In this document: positions 61,989 through 64,000 of the stretch, piece by piece
How positions within the stretch are numbered: position 1 is the stretch's first letter
Layout: every line of letters begins with the position of its first letter
Origin: an uncultured Clostridia bacterium
Lineage (GTDB): Bacteria; Bacillota; Clostridia; TANB77; CAG-508
Assembly (NCBI GenBank): GCA_934162615.1
Contig: CAKPJK010000002.1
Location: 705-64,704 of the forward strand
Reading direction: 5' to 3'
DNA length: 64,000 bases
Made by a program: the position numbers and the translations under genes
Notes under the pieces: generated by a model
The model's database searches: none
The model's input: only the letters and a program-made list of their open reading frames with translations
Told to the model about the DNA's origin: nothing

Positions 61989-62993
61989 ATGAGTGAACGA
62001 TATATTATGAAAAAGAATGAAATAAAAAATGTAATAGAAAAAAGCAATAAAAAAGCAGAGATAGAAAACATATTTAAAAAAAGCAATAGAGAAGCGGAGA
62101 CAAAAAACATATTAAAAAGAAGCAATAAAGAAACGGAGATAAAAAACAAAGAAGAACAAATAAATAATAAAACCACAGAACAAAAGAAAAAATTTACAAT
62201 TATGGGGTTGTCAGTATGGAGAATATTGGCATACTTCATAATATATAGTGTAGTAGGGTATATAATAGAGACAATATTTGGAATAATAACAAAAGGAACA
62301 TGGGAAAGTAGACAAAGTTTCTTATATGGACCATTTTGTGCTATATATGGACTTGGAGCAGCAATAATGATAATATTCCTACACAAATATTCCAAAAACT
62401 ATACACGATTATTTATTGGAGGATTTATAGTAGGTTCAATTGTTGAATATCTAGTTAGTTGGATAGGGGAGATGCTATTAGGCGTAAAATGGTGGGACTA
62501 TTCAAATATGCCACTTAATATTAATGGAAGAATATGTGTATATTTTTCAATATTTTGGGGATTTTTGGCCTTATACTTGATAGCGTCATTTAATCCAAGA
62601 ATAGATAGATTAATAAATTGGATAAAAAGCAAACTTTCTGTAAAAGCATTAAAAATTCTTACAACAACTGTCACTACATTATTACTTATTGATTGTGTTG
62701 TAACTGGAATAGCACTATCATTTTTCTTAGTTAGAATGGTTTACAATTATGATATTAATGTAGCAAATAAAGAGATTGTTGCTAAAAAGTATGAAGACAT
62801 ATATGCTGACGAAAAATTATCTAAATTTGTTTATAAACATTGGGGAGATAGAAAAATGCTAAGAACATTTCCAAATTTGAAAGTCCAAGATGTTGATGGA
62901 AATATGATTTATATGGATAATTTGCTTAGTGATATTCAACCATATTATTATAAATTTAATTTTAAAAATAATTGTATAAAACGCGAATTGTAA
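61989..62993 (+). CDS. membrane protein (putative ABC-transporter type IV / DUF1113-like) with a repeat-containing N-terminal tail
   Basis: YGPFCAIYGLGAA and WWDYS blocks with about 6 TM helices. The N-terminal 60 aa contain three 13-aa repeats. Confidence 0.55.
   Translation: MSERYIMKKNEIKNVIEKSNKKAEIENIFKKSNREAETKNILKRSNKETEIKNKEEQINNKTTEQKKKFTIMGLSVWRILAYFIIYSVVGYIIETIFGIITKGTWESRQSFLYGPFCAIYGLGAAIMIIFLHKYSKNYTRLFIGGFIVGSIVEYLVSWIGEMLLGVKWWDYSNMPLNINGRICVYFSIFWGFLALYLIASFNPRIDRLINWIKSKLSVKALKILTTTVTTLLLIDCVVTGIALSFFLVRMVYNYDINVANKEIVAKKYEDIYADEKLSKFVYKHWGDRKMLRTFPNLKVQDVDGNMIYMDNLLSDIQPYYYKFNFKNNCIKREL
62040..62156 (+). repeat. 3 x 39-bp in-frame tandem repeat
   Basis: The AAAAGCAATA(A/G)A(A/G)AAGC(A/G)GAGA(T/C)A(G/A)AAAACATATT unit is repeated three times and encodes KKSN(K/R)(K/E)AE(I/T)(E/K)NI-like units. 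Confidence 0.7.
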
Positions 62994-63008
62994 TATATAA
63001 ATAGAATA

Positions 63009-63060
63009 CGAACATTTTTTCTAAAAAACTATTGACAAAGAATAAATGTTCGTATATAAT
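63009..63060 (+). promoter_or_regulatory. consensus sigma-A promoter with two LexA (Cheo)-box-like sites
   Basis: TTGACA (63032-37), a 17-nt spacer, TATAAT (63055-60). GAACATTTTTTC sits at 63010-63021 and GAATAAATGTTC at 63040-63051. ATACGAACATTT and AAATGTTCGTAT form a 12-bp inverted repeat. Confidence 0.5.
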
Positions 63061-63110
63061 TATCTCACAAGGCAAACAAATATTCTTTTATACAAATGGA
63101 GGTAATTATA

Positions 63111-63404
63111 ATGAGAGTAGTAAATAAAACAAAGTTTATAAGAAGTAATGTAATATTAGCAATTTTAATAAGTTCAATAGTAATTTTTGCAACCAAAACA
63201 TATTCGAATGTAGAAACAAAATATAAAGAGGAATATGTGTGTACTGGAGATACATTATGGTCAATAGCACAAGAAGAATTAGAGAATAATAAATACTTTG
63301 AAGGTAAAGATATAAGATATGTTGTTAATGAATTAAAAAATGTAAATAATTTGGCAAGTGCAAACTTAAAAGAGGGAGACATATTAAAAATTCCCAGTTT
63401 TTAA
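63111..63404 (+). CDS. YneA-like small membrane protein with C-terminal LysM domain (putative SOS cell-division inhibitor)
   Basis: Start at ATG 63111 behind GGAGG. N-terminal TM helix and a C-terminal LysM domain (GDTLWSIAQ ... LKEGDILKIP). Confidence 0.65.
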   Translation: MRVVNKTKFIRSNVILAILISSIVIFATKTYSNVETKYKEEYVCTGDTLWSIAQEELENNKYFEGKDIRYVVNELKNVNNLASANLKEGDILKIPSF

Positions 63405-63487
63405 AGGAAAACGTTGAAATATGTATTAAAATATTATATAATTTATATTGTAACTTAAAAGTTTTGCATTAACAAGGAGGTATTCTA

Positions 63488-63873
63488 ATGAGTAATAAAA
63501 TTATACCATTTAATAAAAACTTCCATAAAAGTGCCTTTCAGACCGGTATGAATTAAAAGCTCAAATTTCAGTTTATATTTCAAGAAACAATGATAGATAT
63601 GATATTGATTGGTCTTCTCCAGACAATATTTCTTATCAAAGAATATATGAAATTCTAAGCAAGATTTTTGAAGATATCACTAAAGAAGTATCAACAATTG
63701 AATATAAAAAGGAAGATGTTTATTCAATAGAATTTTCTCTGTTATACTACGAAAAAGATGATAATACTATAAAATACATTTGTAGTACACCAAATATATC
63801 TAAAGAAAAACTTGCTGAATACCTATGGGTTTCATTAAACGTATATAAACTGAAGGAAGAAGGTGTCCTTTAA
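63488..63873 (+). pseudogene. hypothetical protein with an interrupted frame (needs a -1/+2 shift near CCGG 63543-63546)
   Basis: AAGGAGG-ATG 63488 gives 22 codons and then a stop at 63554. A 108-codon open frame without any start codon resumes from 63529 and ends at 63873. Confidence 0.45.
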
Positions 63874-63885
63874 TTAGGGCACCTT
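63860..63885. terminator. bidirectional hairpin between convergent genes
   Basis: AAGGTGTCC TTTAATTA GGGCACCTT. Confidence 0.55.
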
Positions 63886-63886
63886 G

Positions 63887-64000
63887 TTATTTATTAAAAT
63901 CTGCTAAAGGATTACTTTCAATAGCATTTCTTGCTTGCTGATTGGCAACATGGGTATAAATTTCAGTAGTAGAAATACTTTCATGCCCTAAGACTTCCTG
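63887..64000 (-). CDS. tyrosine recombinase/integrase, C-terminal end (rest outside window)
   Basis: The reverse strand reads QEVLGHESISTTEIYTHVANQQARNAIESNPLADFNK followed by a stop. LGH-x4-TT-x2-YTH is the catalytic C-terminal box of Xer/phage integrases. Confidence 0.8.
   Translation of the reverse strand, partial: QEVLGHESISTTEIYTHVANQQARNAIESNPLADFNK

Overview
AT-rich chromosomal segment (about three-quarters A+T by eye) of a spore-forming low-GC Firmicute, probably Clostridia-like. Almost all genes lie on the + strand. Gene order: plsY (3' part), gpsA, Zn-ribbon protein, RNase P RNA, RluA-family pseudouridine synthase (-), trmB, DUF4116 protein, pfkA, Fe-alcohol dehydrogenase, three small-ORF cassettes, uvrB (-), a membrane protein, spoIIIAB-AH (no spoIIIAA), XRE regulator (-), and pta with two tandem ackA paralogues. 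Next comes a ~17-kb cell-wall glycopolymer locus (GT2/GT4 enzymes, Wzy-like protein, GtrB/GtrA, TagH/TagG). It is followed by two wall hydrolases built on 3 and 4 ricin-type lectin repeats, prs, a second glycosylation module, a SpoVB/MurJ-type flippase (-), an acyl-CoA ligase and an orphan dpaB. The window ends with a tandem pair of DUF262 (GmrSD-like) genes, pepF, a membrane protein, a yneA-like LysM gene and the 3' end of a tyrosine recombinase (-). The most unusual signal is that six otherwise well-supported ORFs are broken by a +1 frame jump at an in-frame CGG, where an extra C sits in front of a GGN glycine codon. No in-frame CGG occurs in any uninterrupted ORF, and A/T homopolymers show no frame errors. 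This is either CGG-linked recoding or frameshift tolerance, or a very sequence-specific sequencing artefact. Other notable items are a GC-rich palindromic repeat family in three intergenic regions, a 218-bp MITE-like palindrome, the DUF262 gene pair, and signs of an incomplete sporulation gene set. No tRNA, rRNA or CRISPR array was seen.
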